The notes below the pieces were generated by a model, which was not told the origin of the DNA, made no database searches, and saw only the letters and a list, made by a program, of their open reading frames with translations. Below, piece by piece: positions 12,183 to 23,221 of a stretch of 64,000 bases of DNA. A program made the translations under genes and the position numbers. The stretch's first letter is position 1. Every line of letters begins with the position of its first letter. The stretch lies in the NCBI GenBank assembly GCA_963845755.1, contig CAWJTV010000041.1, forward strand, positions 128,001 through 192,000, given 5' to 3'. The DNA comes from an uncultured Planctomycetota bacterium (lineage in GTDB: Bacteria > Planctomycetota > Planctomycetia > Isosphaerales > Isosphaeraceae).

Positions 12183-12548
12183 TCACTCCCTGAACGAATG
12201 GGCTGACGGGTTAAGCCGGAACCGGGCCCTGCGAGCGATCGCCAACGCGATCTCGCTCTCAGGGACCTTGGCCTCTTTCGTGAACCCGTGGGAGACGACC
12301 ACGGCGTTCTGGCCGGAGAAGAAATAGAGAAGACGGTAGTTGACGTGGCTCAACCCGACTCGCAGTTCGTGGATGCCATCGCGGAGCAGGTCGGCCTCGG
12401 GACGGCGAAGCTCGTGTCCCTGCGCCGCGAGTCGCATCAGCTTCGCACGGCACTTCACTATCGCCTTGGTGCCCAGAGTGTCGAGCCACTCGAGCGCCGG
12501 GACGGACCCGTTCTCCTCGCGATAGAAGACCAGGTCTGCTGCCGGCAT
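12183..12548 (-). CDS. Type II TA toxin, RelE/ParE (Gp49/HigB-like)
   Basis: FYREENGSVPALEWL, LRRPEADLLRDGIHELRV, YRLLYFF and SHGFTKE; toxin-first gene order. Confidence 0.88.
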   Translation of the reverse strand: MPAADLVFYREENGSVPALEWLDTLGTKAIVKCRAKLMRLAAQGHELRRPEADLLRDGIHELRVGLSHVNYRLLYFFSGQNAVVVSHGFTKEAKVPESEIALAIARRARFRLNPSAHSFRE

Positions 12549-12584
12549 CGATGTACCTCGCCGGTATCGTCTCGACCGCGGCCC

Positions 12585-12623
12585 ATTCTATCGCAGGATC
12601 GCGATTATCGCAAGTTGGCGATA
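12585..12623 (-). promoter_or_regulatory. Sigma70-type promoter of the TA operon overlapped by two palindromic operators
   Basis: Minus strand TTGCGA (12613-12608), 17-nt spacer, TAGAAT (12590-12585). Operators are TATCGC-N6-GCGATT (12589-12606) and TATCGC-N6-GCGATA (12606-12623). Confidence 0.7.
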
Positions 12624-12645
12624 GTCAAGCGCTTGCCCCGACCAT

Positions 12646-13979
12646 CTACGCCTTGACCAGCTTCCCCGCCTGCTTCTGGATCTTGCGAACGGCCTCGGCG
12701 ATCTGGTCCATATCGGATCGGGGACCGAGGAACATGGTCTGGTAGAACCAGACGCCCTGCTCGCAGAGCCGGTCGTTGGCGGGGCAATGGATCCGCTCGA
12801 AGTATTCCGCCAGCCGCTTGGGCGAATAGACCGCGCGGAACGGGCGTGACTCGAGGGTCGTCTTGAGGAACGACTCCTGGTACAGCGGGCTATATCCGCC
12901 GGACCCGGGGATTCCCTCGGCGTTCAACGCCTGGAGGAACTTGTGCGCGGCAGGTTCTCGAAGTGTGCGGGGTCGTAGCGGAGCATGTAGAGGTGATAGG
13001 CGTTCTGCGTGCAGCCCTCGTACATCTTCGCCGGGGAGATCCCGGGGATCTCGCGGAGCAGCTCGGTGAGATAGGTGGCATTCTCGGTGCGGCGGCGGGA
13101 TTGCTCCTCGACGCGCGTGAGTTGGGTGGCCAGGAGCGCGGCCTGGAACTCGGTCATGCGGAGATTGGCGCCGTTGCGGTGGTAATCGACGCCGGCCACT
13201 GTGGCGCGGCCCTGGTTCTGGAAGCCACGGCATTCCCCGGCCAGGCGGTCGTCGCTCGTGAGGATCGCGCCCCCTTCACCCGAGTTGAGATTCTTCGAGA
13301 CCTGGAAGCTGAAGCATCCCAGATCCCCGATCGAGCTGAGCTTGCGGCCCTTCCATTCGCCCAGGGCCGCCTGGCAAGCGTCCTCGATGACCGGCAGCTT
13401 GTGCCGGGCAGCGACCGCCAGGATGGTGTCCATGTCGGCGGCCGAGCCGCCAATGTGAACGGGCAGGATGCAGGCGGTGTGCTCGTTGATCGACGATTCG
13501 ATCAGGCGGGCGTCGATCTGGAAGGTCTCCGGGTCCGTGTCCACGAAGACCGGCAGCGCGTGGTGCATCAGAACGGCGTTGATCGTCGCAACGAACGTAT
13601 ACGGAGGAACCAGGACCTCGTCGCCGGGCCCGATCCCCACGGCGGCCAATGAGGTGATCAGGGCACTCGTGCCGTTGGCGACCGCCACGCAGTGTTTCGC
13701 TCCCATCATCCGGGCCCAGGTCTCCTCGAACCGGTTAACGCTTTCGCCACCGTTGACGCGGCACCATTTCCCCTTGCGCAGGACCTCCATCCAGGCTCTT
13801 TCATCGTTGTCCGCGATGAGCGGCCAGCGGCTGAACCGCTGGCGGCGGACCGGCTTGCCGCCCAGGATCGCCAGCGGCTCGTCGCCCGCGGCCGTGGCAG
13901 GCCGCTCCGTCAAGCCGACCGCCGCGGCCGCCGCCGTCATCGCGCCGAGGAAACCTCGCCGTGATTGAGGCATGCGCAT
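12646..13979 (-). CDS. DegT/DnrJ/EryC1/StrS PLP aminotransferase with Tat signal; frameshift near 12960
   Basis: SRRGFL leader, [37 protein letters not shown] (PLP Lys) and [10 protein letters not shown]. Confidence 0.9.
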
Positions 13980-14000
13980 GGGTCCACCTCTTTGCATCGG

Positions 14001-14068
14001 ATTCGTAGGTCAGGCTTTCCCGCCTGACGATCCCAGACACGTCAGGCGGGAAAGCCTGACCTACGAAT
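14001..14068. repeat. GTAG-type REP-like palindrome
   Basis: 29-bp perfect inverted repeat ATTCGTAGGTCAGGCTTTCCCGCCTGACG / CGTCAGGCGGGAAAGCCTGACCTACGAAT with a 10-nt loop. Confidence 0.9.
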
Positions 14069-14070
14069 GG

Positions 14071-15531
14071 TCAGATGATCTTCCGGATCGGCTCCGCCCC
14101 CTCGACGCCGACGAGCTTCTGGTGCAGGCCGCCGTAGAAGTAGCTCAGCCCATTAGGGTCGAGGCCGAGTTGATTCAAGATCGTAGCATGAAGGCTCTTG
14201 ACATGGAACCGGTCCTCGACGGCGGCACTCCCGAGCTCGTCGGTCTGACCCACGCTGGTGCCGCCCTTGATCCCACCGCCGGCCAGCCACATGGTAAAGC
14301 CATACGAGTTATGATCGCGCCCGGTGCCCTTGGCGAACTCGGCGGTGGGCTGGCGGCCGAACTCGCCGCCCCAGACGATCAGGGTCTGGTCGAGCAGGCC
14401 CCGGCGCTTGAGATCCTTGATCAGCCCGGCGATCGGCCGATCCGTGTGGCCGGCATGCTTCGTGTGGTTGGTAACGAGGTCGGCGTGGGCGTCCCAGTTG
14501 TCGTCGTTATGAGCGCCTCCGGAGTAGATCTGGACGAATCGAACCCCGCGCTCGACCAGGCGCCGGGCGATCAGGCACTTGCGGCCGAAGTCGGCGGTGC
14601 GGGGCTGGTCGATCCCGTACAGTGCCAGCGTCTCGGGCGATTCCCCGGCGAAGTCGACCGCCTCGGGCGCCGAGCGCTGCATCTTGAAGGCCAGCTCGTA
14701 GGTCGCGATCCGCGCGGCCAGTTCGGAATTGTCGGCTCGAGCGGCGAGATGGGCTTCGTTCTTCTCGCGGAGCCGATCGAGGAGCCGACGGCGGATGACT
14801 GGGGCCGTCCCTTCCGGTGAGGTCAGGTCATGGATCGGCGTACCATTCGAGCGCAAGACCGTCGCCTGGTAGGCCGCCGGCATGTAACCGCTCGACCAGT
14901 TCTTGGCGCCGCTGATCGGACCGCCTTTCTGGTCGAGCATCACCACGAAGCCCGGCAGGTTCTCGTTCTCGCTGCCCAGCCCGTAGGTGACCCACGTGCC
15001 CAGGCACGGGTGACCGCTGAGCAGCCGGCCGGAGTTCATCATGAGCATCGCCGAACCGTGGATGGGCGACTCGGCGTACATCGAGTGGAGGAAGGCGATG
15101 TCGTCGACGCAGGTCCCCAGGTGGGGGAACAGGTCGGAGACCCACTTGCCGCACTCGCCGTACTGGCGGAACGCCCACTTGGGTCCGACGATCCGTCCTT
15201 CGTTCCGCTTGCCCCCTCGGCCGAACGTCTTCACGGCGATCGTCTGCCCGTCCATCGGGTACAGCTTGGGCTTGTAGTCGAACGTATCGACATGACTCGG
15301 ACCGCCGTACATGAACAGGAAGATCACGCTCCTGGCCTTCGCCGGCAAGGGCGGCCTCCTCGGGGCCATCGGGTTGACGAACGGCGTGACGCCGTCGGCC
15401 GCCACGCACTGCCGCGCCAGGAATCCGTCGCCGAGCAGGCCGGCCAGCGCGACCGATCCAAACCCGCCGCCGATCTCCCAGAGGAACTCGCGCCGGGTCC
15501 GACCGCAAAATGACGAATGGGCCTTGGTCAT
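14071..15531 (-). CDS. DUF1501 domain protein (Tat-exported, sulfatase-like)
   Basis: TRREFL leader, VIFLFMYGGPSHVDTFDYKP, ARRLVERGVRFVQ, WDAH, WGGEFGR and GRDHN. Confidence 0.92.
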   Translation of the reverse strand: MTKAHSSFCGRTRREFLWEIGGGFGSVALAGLLGDGFLARQCVAADGVTPFVNPMAPRRPPLPAKARSVIFLFMYGGPSHVDTFDYKPKLYPMDGQTIAVKTFGRGGKRNEGRIVGPKWAFRQYGECGKWVSDLFPHLGTCVDDIAFLHSMYAESPIHGSAMLMMNSGRLLSGHPCLGTWVTYGLGSENENLPGFVVMLDQKGGPISGAKNWSSGYMPAAYQATVLRSNGTPIHDLTSPEGTAPVIRRRLLDRLREKNEAHLAARADNSELAARIATYELAFKMQRSAPEAVDFAGESPETLALYGIDQPRTADFGRKCLIARRLVERGVRFVQIYSGGAHNDDNWDAHADLVTNHTKHAGHTDRPIAGLIKDLKRRGLLDQTLIVWGGEFGRQPTAEFAKGTGRDHNSYGFTMWLAGGGIKGGTSVGQTDELGSAAVEDRFHVKSLHATILNQLGLDPNGLSYFYGGLHQKLVGVEGAEPIRKII

Positions 15532-15613
15532 GGATCCTCGGTCCCCGGTCTTCAGTGTGGAGCTGGAGCGGCTGACGCTCGGGCTGCACACGGGTCCGTG
15601 GGGTGCTCTGTGA

Positions 15614-17266
15614 TACCCCTTCCAACATGCAGAATCGTTATAATCAAACTCTTGATGCCATGTGGGTTGCGCCTTACCCCGCTCTCGGCGGGCGCATCCC
15701 CTTGGCCTCGTCCAGTAGCTTCTTGGTGGCCAAATGATGGTTTCGGTCCCCCTTGCTCCGATGCGGTTTCTTCTTCTTCGGCCCGCGTCGTACCCGGAGC
15801 ATCCACTCCACCGACATCCGAGCCGCCAACTCGTTGAGCAAATCCGCCACCTCCTGCACCGGGCGATCGCTCAGCTCCGGCCACAGTCGCGGCGGGACCG
15901 CCGTCATCATCCCCGGGTAGATCCGCACCACCTCGGTGACCACGGCATGATTCGACACTTCTGCGGCCATCTCCCGGCCGTGCTCCGCCCGCAGACCGCC
16001 CTTGAGCACCGCCAGGGCGTTGCCGGCCACGGCCGACATCCCGAAGCCGAACAGTGCCGCGCGCGGGTAGCCCAGCGTGGGGATCTCGCAATTCAGCAGG
16101 TCGGTCAGCACCTGGAAATGGCCCTCGATCCCCCAGCGGCCCCGGTACGCGGCGCAGCAGTCGATCGCCGAGACATCCTCGGGCAGGTTGGTCACCAGGA
16201 TGATCTCCGTCTCCCCCTCCCGCGTCGGCTCGTCCAATTCCAGGATGATCAGCCGCAGGCGATGCGCCGCCCCGGGCGTCTCGGGATCGTCCACGAGGAT
16301 CGGCTGCTCGTGGACCTTGCCGGTCGGGCAGCGCCCCCGCGACTGCCGCGGCCCGGCTGGTTCGTAGGGCAACGTCGTTTGGTGCCGCCGTGCCAGGAAG
16401 GACCCGCCGGCTCGCGCGATGCGGAACAAGAAGGTGCGGACGCACAAGTTGCGGTCGAGGATCCACAGCTCGCCGGCCGAGACGGGGACTTCCTTGAGCA
16501 GGTTGCGCTCCTGGGTGTGGGCGTTCTCCTCCAGGATCAGATCGGTGATCAAGCCGCTGGCCGGCTCGTAGATCGCCAGCGACTTGCCGGGCAGACAGGC
16601 CGACCAGGTGGTCCGCGTCGGGGTCAGGCGATGGTCGGTCCCGGCCAGGACGTTGCCGTCGAGGATGCGGGCGCAGTAGCCGGGGATCGGCTCCGGCAGC
16701 AGGCCCCCGCCGCCTTCGATCAGGGCGCGGCAGCGGATCGCCGTGTGGCGGACGACCGCGGCGGTGATGGCCGGGCTCAGGCGATTGAGCTTGCCGTAGA
16801 AGGCCGAGAGCGAGGCGATCAGTGGGAGCTGGCGCCCCAGGAACGCCGAGCGGGTGGAGGGGTTGAACCCACAGACGACGTCGAGCATGACCAACACGAG
16901 GTGCTCGAGGGTAAACTCGCGGCAGTATTCGCCCTCGGCGGACTGCTCGAAGAGGAGGTCGAAGGGGGTGCCCTGGAGGAGCCAATCCAGGGTGATACGG
17001 GTCATCACGGTGGCCGGGGACTCCTGAATGCAGGGATTGAGGATGGCCGGGAGGTCCGCGATGAGTGGAGGGGCAGGGTCGAGGAGATCCAGCCGGGCGG
17101 CGGGGCGCGGGGGTGGCACCACCGGCTGGGAGGTCCGTCCGCAGCGCTTCGTCGGCCCATCGAGATCAATCAGCCTGGGAGACATAGGTAGCCCTCCGTG
17201 ATCGGGAACGAAAACCATCCCAGCCAAAGAGGTTATAATAATTAACTCAGCATGTTGGAAGGGGTA
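15614..17266 (-). mobile_element. IS4-family insertion sequence, 1653 bp
   Basis: 17-bp perfect TIRs TACCCCTTCCAACATGC (15614-15630 / 17250-17266) and a 12-bp TSD GGTGCTCTGTGA (15602-15613, 17267-17278). Encodes a DDE transposase. Confidence 0.92.
15674..17185 (-). CDS. IS4-family DDE transposase
   Basis: RILDGN (D1), WILDRNL (D2) and YRGRWGIEGHF (YREK-like signature with E), plus a basic C-terminal tail. The ORF is uninterrupted. Confidence 0.9.
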   Translation of the reverse strand: MSPRLIDLDGPTKRCGRTSQPVVPPPRPAARLDLLDPAPPLIADLPAILNPCIQESPATVMTRITLDWLLQGTPFDLLFEQSAEGEYCREFTLEHLVLVMLDVVCGFNPSTRSAFLGRQLPLIASLSAFYGKLNRLSPAITAAVVRHTAIRCRALIEGGGGLLPEPIPGYCARILDGNVLAGTDHRLTPTRTTWSACLPGKSLAIYEPASGLITDLILEENAHTQERNLLKEVPVSAGELWILDRNLCVRTFLFRIARAGGSFLARRHQTTLPYEPAGPRQSRGRCPTGKVHEQPILVDDPETPGAAHRLRLIILELDEPTREGETEIILVTNLPEDVSAIDCCAAYRGRWGIEGHFQVLTDLLNCEIPTLGYPRAALFGFGMSAVAGNALAVLKGGLRAEHGREMAAEVSNHAVVTEVVRIYPGMMTAVPPRLWPELSDRPVQEVADLLNELAARMSVEWMLRVRRGPKKKKPHRSKGDRNHHLATKKLLDEAKGMRPPRAG

Positions 17267-17329
17267 GGTGCTCTGTGAGCACCAATCCCCGTGGCAGGAG
17301 GCCTCTCCGGTGCTCACAGAGCACCCTAC
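17267..17329. repeat. REP-like palindrome interrupted by the IS (left remnant at 15598-15613)
   Basis: GGTGCTCTGTGAGCACC...GGTGCTCACAGAGCACC-CTAC. The GTGG foot and first 12 bp remain on the other side of the IS. Confidence 0.85.
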
Positions 17330-19603
17330 TCAGTCAAGGTAGAGGAAGGCGTTGGTGTTGAGCATCATCAGGCAGTATTGCGACAAAGCGGTGTGAGCGT
17401 CGAGCCCAGAGTCATTGATGAGCGTTCTGACGAACTCGACGTCGTGGTGGATTTCGTCCACGTCGGGTTCGTGGCTGGTCGTCAGCCGGAGGGCGAGGCG
17501 GACCTGTGCGATCAGGTCGCCGGGCGCCTCATGACGGAGGCGGTCGGCGAAGTCCATGGCCTGCCGGTTGGTGAACTCGCCGTTGAGCAGGCCGAGCGCC
17601 TGGGTGGGAACGGTCGTCGTGTACCGCACCGGGCAACTGGAATCGGTGTCGGCCGCGTCATGGACGGCGAGGATCGGGACCAGGAGCGATCGCTTGACGT
17701 GGACGTAGATGCTCCGCCTCGCGGCCTGATCCGGCGGCGAGGTCGTCCAGCCGTGGCCGGGCATGGACTGGCCGGCGAGCACCTCGCGGGGGATCGGCGG
17801 ATAGACGCTCGGGCCGCCGGCCTCGAGCCGCAACGCACCGCTGACGGCGAGGATCGCGTCTCGCACCTCCTCGGCCGCCAATCGTCGCATGGGGAACCGC
17901 CAGAACCATCGATTGGACGGGTCGGCGGCCAACTCGGCGGCGCTCGCCCTGGATGTCATCCGGTAGGCGCTCGATAGGACAATCAGTCGATGCATGGGCT
18001 TGAGTCGCCAGCCGCCAGCGACGAGCTCGGCGGCCAGCCAGTCCAGCAGCTCGGGGTGGCTGGCCGGCTCGCCCAGCTTGCCGAAGTCGTTGGGCGTCGG
18101 CACGATTCCCCGGCCAAAGTGGTACTGCCAGAGCCGGTTGGCCAGCACGCGCGCCGTCCGCGGGTTGCGTGGATCGGTCAGCCAGTCGACCAGCGCCCGC
18201 CGCTTGCCCCGTCCCCTGGCGAACGTGCCCGTGCCCGTGTCGAGAACATCGGGCACGCCCGGGTCGACGGCCGGGCCGACCAGCGCGGGACTGCCGCGGA
18301 GCAAGACGTGCCGCCTGGCTCGTCCCCCGCTCCGAGACGCTCATCACCTCGATGCGAGAACCCGCTCCATCCGCGATCTTCTGGAGGCTCTTCCCGTCGT
18401 TGGGGGTCACGTCGATGAAGAAGGCCAGGAGCCGGTAGTAATCCCGCTGGGAGATCGGATCGGCCTTGTGATCGTGGCAACGCGCGCAGTTGACCGTCAT
18501 GCCCAGCAGGACCTGCCCCGTGGTGGAGACAATCCCGTCGAGCTCGTCGTAACGGGCCAGCGGCCGGTCGGCCGGCTCATCGTCCCAGATCCCCAGTCGG
18601 TAGAATCCCGTCGCGACCAGGGCCTCGGCCGAGCCGGGGTCGATCTCGTCTCCGGCCAGTTGTTCGCGGACGAACCGGTCATAAGGCTTGTCCCGGTTGA
18701 ACGCGTCGATCACATAATCGCGGTATCGCCAGGCGAACGGCTTCGCCGAGTCGCGTTCGTACCCATTGGTCTCGCCGAACCGCACCAGGTCGAGCCAGTG
18801 CCTGGCCCAATGCTCGCCGTAGTGCGGTGAGGCCAGCAGCCGGTTAACCAGCCGCTCGTATGCCCCCGCCGCGCGATCGGCGAGGAAGGCGTTCAACCTC
18901 CCCGGGCGTGGGAGGCAGCCCGGTCAAGTCGTAGGTCAGCCGGCGGATGAGGGTGACGCGATCGGCCTCGGGCGCCGGGCGCAGGCCTTCCGCCTCGAGC
19001 CGGGCCCTGAGGAAGGCGTCGATCGGATTGCGGGCCCACCGATGGTCCTTCAGGATGGGGACCTTGGGCCGGATGACCGGCTGGTGCAGGGATAGCCGGC
19101 GCGCCGCGGCGATCACCTCGGCGGAAACGGGAGACGCGGATGTTCCAGGTATGGTCGCCGCCGGCTCGGCCAGGCTCGGCCCCGAGGTCCACGGCAGACC
19201 CTCCTTCACCCAACGCGTCAGCGCGTTCGACCTCACCCGGCGGCAGCTTGCCGCCCGGCGGCATCTCCAGCTCCTCATAACGGATCGCCCGCAGCAACAG
19301 GCTCTCGTCGGGCTGACCGAGGCTGACGGCGGGACCGAGGTCGCCTCCCTTCAGGACGGCGGACCGGTCGTCGAGCCGGAACCCCCCGCGGATCTTCCCG
19401 CTCCCGCCATGGCACTTGAGGCACCGCGCCTTCAGGATCGGCTGGGCCTTCTCCTCGAAGAACCGGACCTGCTCGGCCGTGAACGCGGTCGTCGCGCGAT
19501 CCGACCGGCCACCTTCACCGGCGACCGCCGCGCCGCCGAGCCACGCTGCCAGGAGGGTCGCCGGGCCGAGGGCCTGCCAGGTCTGCCGTCCACTCCGCCT
19601 CAT
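17330..19603 (-). CDS. PSCyt1 + DUF1549 + DUF1553 protein; frameshifts near 19230, 18895 and 18310
   Basis: [68 protein letters not shown] and PTQALGLLN, spread over four ORFs. Confidence 0.88.
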
Positions 19604-19794
19604 TCGACTCTTCTCCCAGCAGGATGCGACCTCCGAGCACGACGCCACGAAGAAGCGGGGCCGAGCCTTCGAGGAGCGACTCCCCGCGTAAGATCCCCGC
19701 GCAACTCGCGCCCCTTGGGAATTCCCAATTCAAGATTCAATCATTCAAAAATCGGTATTCGAGGATCCCCCCTTGAGAGGATCTCGGTTTCTTG

Positions 19795-19836
19795 AATCTC
19801 GAGTCTCGCATCTCGCATCTCGCATCTCGAATCTCG
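19795..19836. repeat. Tandem heptamer repeat, consensus (A/C)ATCTCG x6
   Basis: aatctcg agtctcg catctcg catctcg catctcg aatctcg, with degenerate heptamers also at ~19720-19755. Confidence 0.85.
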
Positions 19837-19917
19837 AATTCCTCCTGGGTTGGAGCTTCACCCCGTTGGGGACGGATCTTGCCCGGTGGATCCGATCCCA
19901 ATCAATCGCGACCCTGG

Positions 19918-22900
19918 TCAGGATGGTCCCGAGCCCGCGGCTTTCTCCTTCTTGGCAGGAGTCTCAGCCTTTTCTTGCGAGGGGGCCTGTGTCTTGGCGG
20001 GCTCCGGGAGAGCCGCCTTCGGTTGGGCATCAGCGGCCTTCTGCGCCGGACCGCCGCCGGGCTTCCCATCGGCCTTCTCCGGCTCCGTGCCCCGCCGCTG
20101 GGGAGGGACGGGTTTCTTCATTTTTTGGAGGTAATATACGGCGACGGACCGCACGGCCAGCTCCGGCTCCAGCGTGAGGGCGTTCGTGAGGTGCGCCGCC
20201 GCGGCGTCGGGCAACCCCGCCTCGAGCTGGCACATGGCCAGGTCGAATTCCCACATGGCCTGCTGACCCAGGGTCGAAGGGAGGGCCAGGAACGTATTGG
20301 TCGCCTGCAAGGCCTGACCACGGGCCAGGCCCTGGCCGGCGATGAGCGATCGGAAACTCCGGTCATTACGCACCCGGACGATCGCCCGATCCTCCCAGAG
20401 CGAGGCCGTCAACAGGTAGTTGCCCAAGAGCAGGTACACCAGCCCTTGCCGGTAGGCGGCGGCCCCGGGCTCGGTCCCGAGGTTGGGATCCTCGATCGAG
20501 CCCACGCTCAGCAGATCGAGCGCCTTGTCGGGCTGCCCCGTGGTGCAGTACATCTCCAGGAGCAGGGGCTTGACGACCATCGCGCCGACCCCGCTCCGCT
20601 CCGCTTCCGCGAGCTTGGTAATCGCCAACCCCATGGCACCCTGTTGCCGCGCGAACATCGCTTGATCCACCAGCGTGGCCTGATTCTCGATGGCCATATC
20701 GTCCACCTTGTCCACGACGGTCTTGATCGCCTGATCGAGCTGCTCCAACTGGTCCGCGATCTGGGCACGCATGTCCGCCGTCACATAATCGTCGGACCCG
20801 CTCAGGTCCGCCGCGATCTGGAGCCGGTCGTGCGCGAGGTCCCGAAAACCGACGGACATGTAGAGCTGGAACAATTGCCGATTCAGTTCGAACAGGCTCC
20901 TCCGAGAGTCCTTCGAGTCGGGGGGAGGCGTGGTCTGGATCGCGAAATTCAAGGCGGTGATGCGCTGGCGGAACCGATTCATCAGGCGCTCGGGATTGGG
21001 CGAGACCATGCTGATCTGCGCCTTGTTCTCGGGCGTGATCGGGAGCCCGGCCAGGATCGCGGTTTCCTGGATCATCAAGTAGGTATACGCTTCGTTGAGC
21101 CTGTGGAAGGCCGTCCAGTCGTCGGGGCTGCGGGACAGTGCGATGCGCGCCTCCTGGATCGCGAGCAGGCACTGCGACGGCTCGGGCAGGTAGGCCTGGT
21201 TCTGTACGGCCCCCCGATCGAGCCAGCGCTGGGCCGAGAGGTTCCGCATCTGAGGGCGCTGGTACGTCCGGTTCTGGAACACCTCGTCGATCCAGGACGT
21301 CTGGCCGGGCGGACCGGCGACCGTGGGCATCTTCCGCGCCACGCGATACACGCGGTCGGGGTCGAGCTGGTTGGCCTTGAAGACCGCGACGTCCGACGCG
21401 GGCGCATCCGACCGGCCGAACATGACGATCCGCCCGTCATCGTAGAAGGGGATCCAGTTGTTGCTGCGCATCAGGGTGTCGTAGGTCTTCGGCGCCCCCA
21501 CGGGCTCGATCAAGATGGCCGTGATGTGGTGTTCATCCAGCAGCGGCTTCCACGTGCCGACGTCGTCATCGCTGAGGGCCCTGCGGATCTTGTGCAACCG
21601 CTCGAACACGCCGATCGAAAACAGCCCGGGACGGCTGTCGACGTAACTCTTCCGCTTGGGGTACGCCTTCCAGATCAGGATATCGCCCTCGGACGACGAG
21701 GTGTTCAGGATGTTCCCCTTGATGTCGTCGTGCTCCTCCAGGAACTCGGCCGCCTCGAACGGGAAGTCGTCGGCATCGTACCAGACGCCGAACCGGCTAC
21801 TGCCCGGCGCGTTATGCCAGCCGGTGATGTCCTTGCCGACCGCGAAGAAGATGAGGGAGAGGGTCACCAGGCGACCACCGGTCAACCAGAGGCCCCACAT
21901 CCGGCCGAGGCGACCTTCGGTCCCGAAGCGCGCCTGGTACCACTCCTGGCCATTCAACGCCAGGACCGCGGCGAAGATGACCGCGAAATCGGCGCTGTAC
22001 CGGATCATGATGCCCCAGAGGATCGAGATCGCCGCGAACGGCAGGAACCGACTCCAGGAGAAGCGCGCGATATTGAGCCAGAACGAACCGATCCCCAGGA
22101 CGACCAGGGTGAGGAAGTAGACGGGCAGGAGATGCGACTGGTCCCCTTGGAGCCCCGAGCCGAAGAAGGAGAGGAGCTCGACGAGATGGAAACCCTCGGT
22201 CGGGTGGAACCATTGGATGAACGGGTTCACGGCCGCGACGTACGAGCGGTAGGTCCAGGGGTTGACCAGGCAGGCGGCCGCGCAGAGTCCCAGGATCATG
22301 AAACCGCTAGAGATCGCGGGCGCCCGGCGTTCCACGACCGCCGTTTGCTCGGCCTTCTCGGGTGGAGCGGAGGTATCCCCGGCGCTGGAAACCAGCCAGC
22401 TCGCATGATCGCCGTCGAGCCATCGGCCGGCCGCGGCGGCGGCGAGGATGATGAGCCCGGTCAAGAAGGACGTATCCCAGTTCACCCAGAGCAAGAACAG
22501 GGGGATCAGCGGCCAGAGACTCCGGCCACGCCCTTGGCCGAACGCGCGGAACAAGAGCAGCATCTCAATGGCGAGGAACAACTGCCCCCAGGTCGCTGGA
22601 CCCAGCTCCGCGACGCGCAACCCCCCCCATGGCCACGCCGAGCAGCGGGTGGACGACGACGCCCACGGCCAATGTCACGCAGACGGCCGACCACCAGAGC
22701 CCGGGCCCCTTTCGGCGGATCTTCAGGAGCACCCAGGCGGTCGCCAGTCGCACCAGGGCACCCAGGATCACCAGGGACGCGATCGCAATCTGATCGGCCT
22801 GGGCCCGATTGGCCGTCAGATCCTGAGGGTCCTGAGGGACCAGGCCATAGATCAGGTTGTACAGCGCGGCGTGCGACCACTGGAACAACCAGGGGAGGTT

Positions 22901-23221
22901 CACCCAGGGCTGTCCGGCCTCGGTATAGGAGAACATGTCGATCATCAGCGGCCGGGACTGCTGATTGATCAACTGGCCTGCCTTCAGTTGGGAGAAGATC
23001 GAGGTATCCGTCAGAGAATTGCAGGAGACGACGAAGGCCAGCAACAGGGTTGCGGCCATCACATACAAATCGTAGTAGGCGTTCCACTCGTTCACCCGCT
23101 CGGGCGTCAACGGCTCCGGAGGGAGCTCGGCCTCCGCTTCGGGAGGCGGGACTTCGGTCGTGGAAGGGGCCTTCTCGACTTCGTTCTCTGGAACAGGCTG
23201 TGTCGCTTGGGTTTCGGCCAT
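19918..23221 (-). CDS. Large polytopic membrane protein (GT-C-like N-terminal region) with C-terminal TPR-like helices; frameshift in poly-C at ~22620
   Basis: N-terminal DTSIFSQLKAGQLI...DMFSYT...PWVNLPWLF, LIPLFLLWVNWD, AACLVNPW, FPFEAAEFL and YVDSRPGLF, then helical TPR-like repeats. Confidence 0.75.

Noticed and set aside
19792..22968. 1058-aa plus-strand ORF
   Set aside because: It is an antisense shadow of the membrane protein gene in high-GC DNA and has no recognisable motifs. The same applies to many other long overlapping ORFs (e.g. 15734-17191, 56840-58126).
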